Below, piece by piece: positions 8,665 to 21,039 of a stretch of 64,000 nucleotides of DNA. The stretch covers positions 14,513 through 78,512 of the forward strand of contig JBDIWC010000015.1 of assembly GCA_039794085.1 (NCBI GenBank). The letters are read 5' to 3'. The translations under genes were made by a program, and so were the position numbers. The notes under the pieces are model-generated. The model was not told where the DNA came from and made no database searches. It was given only the letters and a program-made list of their open reading frames with translations. The first letter of the stretch is position 1; the number at the start of each line of letters is the position of its first letter. Source of the DNA: Gemmatimonadales bacterium. Lineage in GTDB: Bacteria; Gemmatimonadota; Gemmatimonadetes; Gemmatimonadales; GWC2-71-9.

Positions 8665-9992
8665 ACTTCCTCGACTCCCTCGGCCGTCACCCGGTGGGAG
8701 ATCAGGGGAGTGAGAGTGGCCTCCTCGCCCAGAGTAATCGCGTCATCGAGGGCGCGGCGTCCGAGGGCGAGCCCGGCGTCATCCGCGGCATGGATGGTGG
8801 CGAGGCACTCTCCCCGGGCGACCCGGTCCCCCGGCTTGGCCGTGATGACGAAGCCCACGGAAGGATCGATCCGGTCGGCGGAGGTTCGGCGCCCCCCGCC
8901 GAGTTCCACGATGGCATGACCGATCCGGCGCGGGGCGACGGCGGTGACCACGCCCTCGGCGGGAGCGCGCCACTGGGCGATGTGGGGGGCCACGGGGAGA
9001 CGCGACAGGTCTTCCGTCACGCGGGGGTCTCCTCCCTGGGCCTCGATGAGACGCGCCAGGAGTGCCATCGCCTCGCCGGATTCCACCACCGTCTCCAGCC
9101 GCGCCCGCGCGCGGGTCCGGTCGGCCTCGGCCCCTGCCGCCAGCAACATCTCGACCCCCAGAGCCCAGGTGACGTCCATCAGGTCTTCCGGTCCCTCGCC
9201 GGCCAGGCCGCGGATCGCCTCGGCGGTTTCCAGGGCGTTGCCGCAGGCGTGTCCGAGGGGGCGGTCCATGGCGGTGAGGAGGGCGACGGTCCGGCATCCA
9301 TGTGACTCCCCGATGCCGATCATGGTGCGCGCCAGGGCGAGCGACTGGTCGAGGGACGTCAGGAACGCCCCACTCCCCGTCTTGATGTCGAGCACGAGCC
9401 CGGTGAGCGACTCGGCGAGCTTCTTCGACATGATGCTGGCCGAGATCAGCGGGATCGATTCCACGGTTCCGGTGACATCGCGGAGGGCATACAGTTTCCG
9501 GTCGGCGGGGACGATCTCGGGAGTCTGTCCCAGCATGACGACGCCGAGGTCGTGGAGCTGGGAGACGGCCTGGTCCAGCGAGAGGGCGGTACGGAACCCG
9601 GGAATCGCCTCCAGCTTGTCGAGGGTTCCCCCGGTGTGGCCCAGGCCCCGCCCGCTGATCATCGGAACCGCCACTCCGCAGCAGGCCAGCATCGGGGCGA
9701 GGAGAAGCGAGGTCTTGTCCCCCACTCCCCCGATGGAGTGTTTGTCCACGGCGGGACGCCCGAGGCCCGACACCGGCAATCGCCGTCCGGAGTGAAGCAT
9801 GGCCTCGGTGAGGGCCGCCAGTTCGGGCCCGGTCAATCCTCGAAACACGACCGCCATCGCGAGAGCGGCGATCTGGTAGTCCGGGATCGTCTCGTTCACA
9901 TAGCCGTCGATCAGGGCCTTCCACTCCCCGGGGGTGAGCTCCTGACCATCCCGCTTGCGTTCTATCAGTCGCGGTACCACGATTGCTGTCAT
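8652..9992 (-). CDS. pdp: Pyrimidine-nucleoside/thymidine phosphorylase
   Basis: LIERKRDG, DKHSIGGVGDK, SGRGLGHTGGTLDKLE, ADRKLYALRDVT and SIMSKK motifs. Start set at MTAIVVPRL. Confidence 0.93.
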   Translation of the reverse strand: MTAIVVPRLIERKRDGQELTPGEWKALIDGYVNETIPDYQIAALAMAVVFRGLTGPELAALTEAMLHSGRRLPVSGLGRPAVDKHSIGGVGDKTSLLLAPMLACCGVAVPMISGRGLGHTGGTLDKLEAIPGFRTALSLDQAVSQLHDLGVVMLGQTPEIVPADRKLYALRDVTGTVESIPLISASIMSKKLAESLTGLVLDIKTGSGAFLTSLDQSLALARTMIGIGESHGCRTVALLTAMDRPLGHACGNALETAEAIRGLAGEGPEDLMDVTWALGVEMLLAAGAEADRTRARARLETVVESGEAMALLARLIEAQGGDPRVTEDLSRLPVAPHIAQWRAPAEGVVTAVAPRRIGHAIVELGGGRRTSADRIDPSVGFVITAKPGDRVARGECLATIHAADDAGLALGRRALDDAITLGEEATLTPLISHRVTAEGVEEVPHP

Positions 9993-10776
9993 GCGATGGC
10001 TCCCTCTGATCCTGTGGGGTCCGGGATGGTGGACCCTGGCGACCCCGACCATCGGGGCTCAGTCGGTGGACAGTCTGCTCGTGGCGGGCCGCCACCACGT
10101 GACGGCGATCGCACCCGCGGCGGCCCTGGAGGCCTTCAACGCCATCCTGGCGATCGACTCGACCCACTTCGAGGCCAACTGGCGTGCCTCACTCGCCCTG
10201 GTGGACCTGGGAAAGGGCGTGCCCGACCAGGTCCGCGATGCGCGCAGGGATTCCCTCTACGCCCTGGCGGAACGCCGGGCGCGGCGGGCGATCGCCACGG
10301 ACAGCACCCGGGCCGATGGATATTTCGCCCTGGCGAACGCCGTTGGCAAGGCGGTCCTGACGCGAGGCAAGAGGGAACAGATGGACCGGGCGGGAGAGGT
10401 TCGCACCATCGCCCTCGCCGCGCTCGCCCGTGATCCAACCCAGGATGGGGCCCATCACATCCTGGGACGGTGGCATCTGGAGATCATGCGCCTCCCGGGC
10501 ATCTTCCGGTTCATGGCCCGAAGGGTCCTCGGGCAGGACCTGATGGGGGAGGCCTCGTGGGAGGAGGGCATCCGACACCTGGAAGCGGCGGTGGCGAGCC
10601 GTCCTGACTGGATCTACCACCGCCTGGACCTCGCCCTGGCCTACGCAGACCGGGGCCGTTTCGCGGAGGCGCGGGCCCAGACCACGATTCTGGACACCCT
10701 TCCTCTCGGCGACGTTCTCGACACCCTGTATCGCCGGCAGGCCCGGGACGTGGCCGCCACGCTTCGGGACCGCTAA
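9991..10776 (+). CDS. Secreted TPR-like helical-repeat protein
   Basis: Signal-like N-terminus ending AQ, followed by TPR-like helices (AHHILGRWH, HRLDLALAY). Confidence 0.7.
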   Translation: MRWLPLILWGPGWWTLATPTIGAQSVDSLLVAGRHHVTAIAPAAALEAFNAILAIDSTHFEANWRASLALVDLGKGVPDQVRDARRDSLYALAERRARRAIATDSTRADGYFALANAVGKAVLTRGKREQMDRAGEVRTIALAALARDPTQDGAHHILGRWHLEIMRLPGIFRFMARRVLGQDLMGEASWEEGIRHLEAAVASRPDWIYHRLDLALAYADRGRFAEARAQTTILDTLPLGDVLDTLYRRQARDVAATLRDR

Positions 10777-10808
10777 CTTACCGCGTCCTTCTTCCCGATG
10801 AGCTCCCT

Positions 10809-13612
<2,804 letters not shown>

Positions 13613-13652
13613 GAAACCGGCCGCCGTGAGCGGCCCTGACAAGAGACAGACC

Positions 13653-14213
13653 ATGCCCGACACCATGACCACCGGCACCCCGACGACCCCGCGTGTGGTT
13701 CATCTCAGCCCGCGAGCCCTGCACGCCCTCCGATCCGCGCTGGAACGTCACGCGGGACGGCAGGCGGCGGTTGTCCTCCAGGAGGCGGGGTTTGCCGATG
13801 GGGAGGCGCGATACCAGGCGTTCTGCGATCACCTGCGCGCGGAGTACGGGGTGGACCGCCCCGAGGATCTCGACATCGCCTTTCTGGGTGAGGCCCTCTC
13901 GGGGTGCCTCCAGGAGGCCGGCTGGGGCGGCGTCACGATCGAACGCCTGGGTACCACGGTCTTCGCGATCGATTCGGTGGACTGGGCTGAGGCCTCCGGT
14001 GGAGCGCAATACCCGTCGTGCCATTTTTCCACGGGAAGCCTGGCGGACCTCTTCACCCGTATCGGCGGGAGTCAGGCCGCAGTCATGGAGGTGGAGTGCC
14101 GGAGCAAGGGGGACACGCGCTGCCGCTTCCTGGTGGGTTCCCCGGGGACGCTGACCACCGTCTATGAGCGGATGGCCGCCGGGTTGACGTACCAGCAAAG
14201 CCTGGGGTTGTGA
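13653..14213 (+). CDS. Stand-alone V4R-domain protein
   Basis: GWG...CHFSTG.LA..F...VMEVECRSKGDTRCRF V4R signature. Start may be 13665. Confidence 0.82.
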   Translation: MPDTMTTGTPTTPRVVHLSPRALHALRSALERHAGRQAAVVLQEAGFADGEARYQAFCDHLRAEYGVDRPEDLDIAFLGEALSGCLQEAGWGGVTIERLGTTVFAIDSVDWAEASGGAQYPSCHFSTGSLADLFTRIGGSQAAVMEVECRSKGDTRCRFLVGSPGTLTTVYERMAAGLTYQQSLGL

Positions 14214-14665
14214 AGTTCGAAGTTTGAAGTTCGAAGGAGGAGGGGTAATATCCTGTCAATCCTGTTCATCCTGTCAAAGAAATACACGCTCACCAGGGAT
14301 CGAATGGCCTTTTTCTGACAGGATGAACAAGATGAACAGGATGATCCCACCCGTCCCCGGCAATCTCCAGTCTGTTCACATTCAGTTTCAGTTCAGTATT
14401 CAGACCCTTCCACCCCCGTGCACGTCGGATGGGGATCCCTTCGTGAACTCCAAGCACCGTTGCGCCCCGGCGTCCTGGCGCCTTTGCGTTGAGGCAGTTC
14501 CATGAACATCAAGACCCGGACGACGGGAAGTACACCGGGAACCTCCTCAGATCCCTCGCTTTGCTCGGGATGACGACTAAACAGAGATCACCTAAACCGG
14601 AGAAGAACCCACCCTTCGAACTTCACACTTCGAACTTCGAACTTCGAACTTCACACTTCAGACTT
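14212..14665. repeat. Nested intergenic repeat cassette (7-bp outer arms, 9-bp inner arms, REP-like half site)
   Basis: (GAAGTTC/T)n at 14212-14236 pairs with (CTTCGAA/CTTCACA)n at 14614-14665. (ATCCTGTCA/TTC)x3 at 14250-14276 is inverted at 14316-14342. GATCCCTCGCTTTGCTCGGGATGAC lies near 14551. Confidence 0.8.
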
Positions 14666-14668
14666 CCA

Positions 14669-15964
14669 TCATCGGTTCCAGGCCCGCACCCGCACGCCCT
14701 CCACGGCCAGGCAGGGAAGTTCCTGGGCGCCCACCCACACGGGGGCGTCCCCTATCCCGACAATGCGGGAGAGAAGGTCGAACACATTCCCTCCGATTTC
14801 GACCCCGCTCACCCTCCCCACGAGTTCCCCCTCCCCCACCCGGGCGCCCCATCGCACGCGCGCCAGGAATCCCCCGCCGGCCACGTTGCCGGGGAGGATG
14901 TCGAGGTCACGGATAAAGAGGCCGTTCCCCACCCGGGTTCTCAGATCATCCTCGGTGTCATCGCCGGCATGCATCCTCACGTTTGACCACCCCGGTCGAA
15001 CGGGATCCGCTCCCCCCCGTCGTCCGTGGCCGGTGGAGGGTACCCCGCACCGGGCCCCGGTGGCCAGGTCGGCGATCCGCCCCACGATTCTCCCGTCCGA
15101 GACCAGGAGGGACGGCGCCGTGACCACCCCCTCGTCATCCACCGGGCGACTGCCGGGACGGAGCGGCACCCAGGGATCATCCGTGATGGTGAGCCCGGAG
15201 GCGAGCCCCCCCTCGCGCCGCAGGGCGTCCTGCCCGGGACCGAGAGCTTCGGGCGCTGTCGCGGCCGCCCGCAGGGGGCGGAGGAGTTGGGCCACCGCGC
15301 CGGGAGCGAACAGCACGAGCATTCGGCTCGGCAGGGGTGAGTCCACCAACTCCGGCAGGGCGAGGCGCGCCTCGAGATCTGCCACCAGGGCCTCCAGGGA
15401 TTGCAGCGAGGGGAACTCGCATCCCTGAATCTGGTCGCACACCCGGTGTCCGGTTGAGGAGGATCCCGGACAATCGACGGTGACGCCGATTCCGGTGAGA
15501 GTGGAGGGAAATTCGGCCACCACGCCCCGGGTATTGGCCACCCGGGTCGATCCGAAGGATCTCTCGATCCAGACCGTCACCCGGCGATCGTTGCGGCGCA
15601 GGCGGTCCCGGAGGGAACGAGCCCGGGCCTCGAGATCCGCGGGCCCGGAGCACTCCACCTCGGCGGACGCGGTCACCAGCGCCGGGAGCGGCGCGGGGGC
15701 GGGGAGGAGAAGGTCGCACACCTCGCCAGCGCGGAGGCTGTGCCATGCCTCATCCACCAGATCCGCATCGGGGCGGTGGTCCCCCCCGGCCCACCCCATC
15801 CTGCCATCGGCGAGAAGCCGGATCTGCCTTCGGACGTGCTCCGACTCGGACAGCGACACGAGGCCTCGGTCGTCGAGTTGCATCGTGAGGGTCTGATCGG
15901 TGTGCCGAACGGCATCGGCACCGGCGACTCGGCGCCGGACCGCGTCCAGGATCCGGTCCGTCAT
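14669..15964 (-). CDS. pmbA: PmbA/TldE family protein
   Basis: LTITDDP..P...GSRPVDDEG, STGHG, V.GVEIGGNVFDLL; coupled to the upstream tldD-like gene by an ATGA overlap. Confidence 0.8.
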   Translation of the reverse strand: MTDRILDAVRRRVAGADAVRHTDQTLTMQLDDRGLVSLSESEHVRRQIRLLADGRMGWAGGDHRPDADLVDEAWHSLRAGEVCDLLLPAPAPLPALVTASAEVECSGPADLEARARSLRDRLRRNDRRVTVWIERSFGSTRVANTRGVVAEFPSTLTGIGVTVDCPGSSSTGHRVCDQIQGCEFPSLQSLEALVADLEARLALPELVDSPLPSRMLVLFAPGAVAQLLRPLRAAATAPEALGPGQDALRREGGLASGLTITDDPWVPLRPGSRPVDDEGVVTAPSLLVSDGRIVGRIADLATGARCGVPSTGHGRRGGADPVRPGWSNVRMHAGDDTEDDLRTRVGNGLFIRDLDILPGNVAGGGFLARVRWGARVGEGELVGRVSGVEIGGNVFDLLSRIVGIGDAPVWVGAQELPCLAVEGVRVRAWNR

Positions 15965-17349
15965 GGGTCCGGGTATCCTCCGTGACTATGCGGCCCCCCG
16001 CCACGCAGGTCATTCACGGCGAGATCGATCAACCGGAGATGAGGCGCGCCGACCGTGACCGGCACGAGCCCGCCCCCCCCGCCGTGGCACCAGCTGGCCG
16101 AGGAGTCCCAGTGGAAGTCGGTCCCGACCCCCTCGACGCGACCGAGACACTCCCGCAGGCTGGTGGAGATCACGAGATCCTTGATCGGTTCCGCCAGGGT
16201 CCCGTTCCGGATCAGGCGGCCCGCGGTGAGCCGGAGTCCCGCCAGTCCCTCATCCCCACGACACCCGACGGCCTCGATACCGTAGACGCCGAAGGTGACG
16301 TCTCCGATCAGATCGGAGAGAGCGGATTGTCCAGCCGCGATATAGGTGTTGGTCAATCGGAGGGCCGGTGCGGTGCCGGGATCCGCGGTGCGCAGGTTGC
16401 CGGTGGGAGCGCCCCCGTCTCGGGTCGCCGCCGCGGACTCCCGCGAGTGGATGACCCCGACCACCACACCGTTGCGGATCAGAATCGTGTTGTGCGCTGG
16501 GGTTCCCTCGTCGTCGACGGTGAGGGTTCCCCGAAGCCCGGGCACGGTTCCGTCATCCCCCAGGGTCAAGGATTCGGGCCCCAGCCGGGCTCCCACCGGA
16601 AGGGGCGGGATCCCTGGCGCACCGCCGAGGGCATGCCCCAGGGCGCGATGGGCGAGGAGTGCGGCGGCGGCCGGTGCGAGGATGACGGGATAGCGTCCCG
16701 GGGCCAGGGGGGTGGCCGTGAGCAACGCGACCGCGGCGGCGGCGGTGGATCGTGCCATCCGATCCCCCTGCTCGCCGTCGAGCGGAGTCCCCTTTCCCTG
16801 CGACTGGATCGCACGCTCCACGGTGCCGCTCTCCTCGGCGACCGCCGCCACCACCAGGTCATGCACCGGAGTCATGTCGTGCAGGGTCACCCCGTCGCTG
16901 GTGACGACCCAGCGTTCGGTCAGGTGAACCGATTGCCGGACCCGGACCCGCACGATTCGACGGTCCTGGCTTTTCACCGTGCGCGCCATCTCCTCCACGA
17001 AGGCATGAACCTGGTCGATCCCGGGGGTCCACGGCGCGACGTCCACCAGGGTTCGGTCGAGATGGCGGGCCGGCGTCGGAATTCGGGGAGTTCCCCCCTC
17101 CCGACGGAAGGAGCGGGCCAACTCTGCCGCACGGCGCACCGCACGGGGGGCTCCTTCGGGCGTGGCAAATCGGATGATCGCGGGCGCGCCCCCCTCGGCC
17201 ACGCATCGCACGGTTCCCCCCTCGTCCCTCCCGGTGGTGGCCAGGCCATCGTCCCCGCCTCCGGACACGGCTCGGACAGACTGGCGGCGGTGGAAGTGAA
17301 TGGCGGTGTGCAGGGACGCGTCGAGGGCGGCCTGGAACTCCGGGATCAC
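15961..17349 (-). CDS. tldD: TldD family protein with degenerate metalloprotease motif
   Basis: PGRYPVIL, DDGT..GLRG...DDEGTP, R.TNTYI, W-C...VPV..GAPHLR. HExxxH reads HRALGH. GTG start overlaps the PRTase stop. Confidence 0.8.
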   Translation of the reverse strand: MIPEFQAALDASLHTAIHFHRRQSVRAVSGGGDDGLATTGRDEGGTVRCVAEGGAPAIIRFATPEGAPRAVRRAAELARSFRREGGTPRIPTPARHLDRTLVDVAPWTPGIDQVHAFVEEMARTVKSQDRRIVRVRVRQSVHLTERWVVTSDGVTLHDMTPVHDLVVAAVAEESGTVERAIQSQGKGTPLDGEQGDRMARSTAAAAVALLTATPLAPGRYPVILAPAAAALLAHRALGHALGGAPGIPPLPVGARLGPESLTLGDDGTVPGLRGTLTVDDEGTPAHNTILIRNGVVVGVIHSRESAAATRDGGAPTGNLRTADPGTAPALRLTNTYIAAGQSALSDLIGDVTFGVYGIEAVGCRGDEGLAGLRLTAGRLIRNGTLAEPIKDLVISTSLRECLGRVEGVGTDFHWDSSASWCHGGGGGLVPVTVGAPHLRLIDLAVNDLRGGGPHSHGGYPDP

Positions 17350-17843
17350 CCCTCGCCCTCGAACACGTCGTGATCCCAGGGGAGGAGGATCGCCTGGTCG
17401 GATTCCATCGCGTGGTAGTCGGGCACCCACGGTCCGGTGCGGAAGGAGACCGCCGTGCGAACCTCGGCCGGCTGCCGGGCGCGCACTTCGTGCAGGGCCA
17501 GGCGGAGAGTATGGCCCGAGTCGCAGGTCTCGTCGACCAGGAGGACGCGACGACCGCGCAGGAGCGCCGGGGGCGGCGTCACGAGGGCGGGCAAGGCATC
17601 GGGAGTGCGGCGCGTGACGGTCATACTGGCAAAATCACGTTTGAGCATGGAGGCGATGATGGCGGCCGGGATGACTCCGGCCTTGGCGATCCCCACGATA
17701 ATGTCGGGATCGTACTCGCGATAGACCCGCAGGGCCAACACCCGGCAGAGCTCACCGAACAGGGGCCAGTCCACCTCCATCGCCCCCTGCGGGGCCAGCG
17801 GGACGGAAACCGGGCGTACGGGATCGGAGGGGAGAAGGGTCAT
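17346..17843 (-). CDS. Type I phosphoribosyltransferase
   Basis: VGIAKAG and the PRPP loop VLLVDETCDSGHTL; C-terminal ILLPWD. Confidence 0.85.
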   Translation of the reverse strand: MTLLPSDPVRPVSVPLAPQGAMEVDWPLFGELCRVLALRVYREYDPDIIVGIAKAGVIPAAIIASMLKRDFASMTVTRRTPDALPALVTPPPALLRGRRVLLVDETCDSGHTLRLALHEVRARQPAEVRTAVSFRTGPWVPDYHAMESDQAILLPWDHDVFEGEG

Positions 17844-18022
17844 GGCGGGAACCTACCGACCCACCGAACGCGTGTCCATCCCGGGTCCGCGCCCCCCCCC
17901 GCCTCGGCGCGCAGAAGTCCGTTGCCTCCCCGGGACCCGTTGGGTAGCTTGTAGAGTACCACCGAGAATCGTCCGTCACCAACCGCCGTGATTCATCACC
18001 CCCCGGAGACCCCCACGTCCTG

Positions 18023-18460
18023 ATGAGCTTCTGGCGACGGCTGTTTGGCTCGTCATCCGCGGACACGCTGCGACCCCAGCGGATGGATTATCTCAACGAG
18101 GCGCTCGCTCTGGAGCGCCAGGGCGACTACAGCGCGGCGCTGACCTCCTATCGCCTCGGGCTTCGCGACAACCCCAGCGATCCGCGGATCCTCCAGAACA
18201 TGGCGATTGCCTACACGCGCACCGGGCAACCCGACGAGGCGATCCGGCATTATCTCCGGGCCCTCGACATCGATCCCTCGCTGACCGGCGCCCACTACGG
18301 GGTGGCGTTCCTTCTCCTCAAGAGGGGTGACCGGGAGCAGGCGGCGTCCCACCTTCGGGCCTTCCTCGCGCGGCCCCCGCGCGGGTCCGATGCCGACCGG
18401 TGGATCCGCCACGCCGAGACGACGCTGCGGGAGCTTGACACTCCACCCGACGGCGAATGA
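18023..18460 (+). CDS. TPR-repeat protein
   Basis: Three TPR units (GDYSAALTSY, NMAIAY...GQPDEAIRHY, AHYGVA). Confidence 0.85.
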   Translation: MSFWRRLFGSSSADTLRPQRMDYLNEALALERQGDYSAALTSYRLGLRDNPSDPRILQNMAIAYTRTGQPDEAIRHYLRALDIDPSLTGAHYGVAFLLLKRGDREQAASHLRAFLARPPRGSDADRWIRHAETTLRELDTPPDGE

Positions 18461-19203
18461 TCTCCCGTTCGGGGCTTGGTCTGGCCGTGTTGCTCGCCGG
18501 ATGTTCCGACCTGACGTCGGTCCAGAACGGTGCGGTGACACTCGAGCTGAGCCCTCCTCCCCTCACTCAGTTGGAAGTGGGACAGACCATCCGCCTCGTG
18601 GCCCGGGCACTGGACCTGGGTGGCAATGAGGTCGAGGCCACCATTCGCTGGAGCACACCGGATACCGTCCTGGTGGTGGACGAGACCAGCGGAGACGTCA
18701 CCGGGAAGCTCGCAGGCGGGGGCTCGGGCCGGGTTCAGGCCATCCTGGATGGTACGCCCTTTCCCCTGGTCTCTCCCTTCCTCACCTTCACCGTGACCGC
18801 GAGAGCGGACACCCTCTTCGCCCCGGGCGACACCGTGGTGGTGGTTCCTCCGGGGGACGCATCCTCCCCGCCGCTGGTCACGGTTCTGGCCTCCCGGCAG
18901 CCGGAGGGGCCGCTCAGCGGCCGGACGGTCACGTACCGGGTGGTGTCGCCCTCCTTTGCCGATCCCGCGACCCGGACGGTGGAGTTCCCGGGCGGACTCC
19001 TCACGCTCACCGCCACCACGGATGGGGCCGGCAGCCCGGCGCCCGCCCTCACGCTCCTGAGCCGCCCCGGCATCCCTCCTCCCGACACCGCCCTGGTGGA
19101 AGTGAGTGCCCTCCAAGCCACCGGAGCGACGGTCCCGGGATCCGGGATCCGCTTCGTGGTTGTGTTCGCCCCTCCCGCTCCCTCCCCCTCTCGCAGGCGG
19201 TAA
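18457..19203 (+). CDS. Lipoprotein with Ig-like (Big_2-type) domains
   Basis: Lipobox LLAGC; LEVGQTIRLVA...WST.D..V.VVDE.SG.VTG. Confidence 0.75.
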   Translation: MISRSGLGLAVLLAGCSDLTSVQNGAVTLELSPPPLTQLEVGQTIRLVARALDLGGNEVEATIRWSTPDTVLVVDETSGDVTGKLAGGGSGRVQAILDGTPFPLVSPFLTFTVTARADTLFAPGDTVVVVPPGDASSPPLVTVLASRQPEGPLSGRTVTYRVVSPSFADPATRTVEFPGGLLTLTATTDGAGSPAPALTLLSRPGIPPPDTALVEVSALQATGATVPGSGIRFVVVFAPPAPSPSRRR

Positions 19204-19208
19204 CGGCC

Positions 19209-21026
19209 ATGTCCTCCCCGGCCACCCTGACCCAACTTTACTTTCAGGCCATGGAGCGGTACCGGGACCGTCCGGTGTACCTGCGATACCGGACCGCCGC
19301 CGGGTGGGTCGACTTGAGCTACCTCGCGGTGGCCCGGCGGATCCACCATCTCAGTCTCGGCCTGCGGGAACTGGGGCTCGCTTCCGGCGACCGGATCGGG
19401 ATTCTCTCCGAGAATCGCCCCGAGTGGGGCATGTGTGACTTTGCGAGCCTGCTCCTCGGGTGCCCCAACGTCCCGGTCTATCCCACGCTTCCCGCCGCCC
19501 AGATCCGGACCATTCTGGCGGATGCGGAGGTCCGCGCGATCTGCGTCTCGACGGCGGCGCAGCTCGACAAGGTTCGGGCCATCCGGGAGGAGCTCCCGAC
19601 GCTCGCGCATGTGATCGCTTTCGGCGCCACGGATGTCCGGGACGGCGAGCTCTCCCTCGAATCCGTGGAGGCGCGCGGGGCCCGGGTCGTCGAGGCGCAC
19701 CCCGCCTGGCGGGACGAGGCCCTGGCCTTTCCTCCCGACGCCCTGGCCACGTTGATCTACACCTCGGGCACGACCGGCTCGCCGAAGGGTGTCATGCTCT
19801 CCCATGGCAACCTCACGTCCAACGTCCTGGCCGTGCAGGATCTGGTGACGACCCGGCCGGGCGACGAGACCGTGAGTTTCCTTCCCCTCTCCCATGTTCT
19901 GGAGCGGATGGCGGGCCATTATTCGCACCTGCACCGCGGGATCATCATCAACTTCGCCGAGAGTCCGGAGACGGTGATGCGGGACATCCAGGAGTGCCGG
20001 CCCACGATGCTCGCGGCGGTTCCCCGGGTTTTTGAGAAGATTCTCGACAAGGTGGTGGAGACGGCGATGGCGGGAGGACCCCTTCAGCGACAGATCTTTC
20101 GGCGTGCCCGCCGCGCCGGCGAGGCGTGGGCCACACTCACGCTCGCGGATCAGGGGGTGCCCTCCAGCCTGCGGTTCCAGCGGTGGTTGGCCGATCGCCT
20201 CGTGTTCCGGCGGTTGCGGGCCCGGCTGGGGGGCCGACTCCGATTCTTTCTCTCGGGGGGCGCCCCTCTGTCCCCCGACATCGCCAGGTTCTTTTTCGCG
20301 GCGGGACTTCCCATCTACGAGGGCTACGGCCTCACGGAAACCTCCCCGGTGATCTCCTTCAACCGCGAGGGGGCGGTCCGACTGGGGACGGTGGGCCAAC
20401 CAATCCCCGGCGTGGAGGTCCGGATCGCGGAGGACGGAGAGATCCTCTGCCGGGGGCCGAACGTCATGCTGGGGTACTACCGGCAACCTGAGGCCACCGC
20501 CGAAGTGCTGGACCCCGACGGGTGGTTCCATACCGGAGATGTCGGGGAGATCGACGCCGACGGATTCCTGCGCATCACCGACCGGAAGAAGGACATCCTG
20601 GTGACGGCGGGAGGAAAGAACATCGCCCCACAACCGATCGAGAGCCGTCTCAAGGCCAACCCCTACATCAGCATGGCGGTAATGCTGGGAGATCGTCGCA
20701 AGTTTCCCATCGTCCTCCTGGTGCCGGATTTCGGCCAGGTCCGGACCTGGGCCGAGGCACACCACCTCACCTTCGATTCGGACGCGTCGCTGGCGGCCCT
20801 TCCCGAGGTGCGAACCCACCTGGAGAACGAGGCACTCAAGCACCTCCGGGACCTGGCCCGGTTCGAGGTCCCCAAGCGCATGCTGATCCTTCCCCGCGAG
20901 TTGACGCAGGCCCAGGGTGAACTCACGCCGAAGATGTCGGTGCGCCGGAAGGTCGTGGCGGAGCACTTTCACGATGAGATCGAAGCGCTCTACGCCGACG
21001 CCGAGGAGGAGGGGAACTCGCGCTGA
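19209..21026 (+). CDS. fadD: Long-chain fatty acid-CoA ligase (AMP-dependent synthetase)
   Basis: IYTSGTTGSPKG, EGYGLTE, GWFHTGD, RKKDILVTAGGKNIAP. Confidence 0.9.
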   Translation: MSSPATLTQLYFQAMERYRDRPVYLRYRTAAGWVDLSYLAVARRIHHLSLGLRELGLASGDRIGILSENRPEWGMCDFASLLLGCPNVPVYPTLPAAQIRTILADAEVRAICVSTAAQLDKVRAIREELPTLAHVIAFGATDVRDGELSLESVEARGARVVEAHPAWRDEALAFPPDALATLIYTSGTTGSPKGVMLSHGNLTSNVLAVQDLVTTRPGDETVSFLPLSHVLERMAGHYSHLHRGIIINFAESPETVMRDIQECRPTMLAAVPRVFEKILDKVVETAMAGGPLQRQIFRRARRAGEAWATLTLADQGVPSSLRFQRWLADRLVFRRLRARLGGRLRFFLSGGAPLSPDIARFFFAAGLPIYEGYGLTETSPVISFNREGAVRLGTVGQPIPGVEVRIAEDGEILCRGPNVMLGYYRQPEATAEVLDPDGWFHTGDVGEIDADGFLRITDRKKDILVTAGGKNIAPQPIESRLKANPYISMAVMLGDRRKFPIVLLVPDFGQVRTWAEAHHLTFDSDASLAALPEVRTHLENEALKHLRDLARFEVPKRMLILPRELTQAQGELTPKMSVRRKVVAEHFHDEIEALYADAEEEGNSR

Positions 21027-21039
21027 CGCCCGGGGGAGC

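Noticed and set aside
14224..14660. ORFs 14224-14505, 14162-14350 and 14489-14986
   Set aside because: They are encoded by repeat arms (SCQSCSSC, TSNFELRTS) and are not credible proteins.
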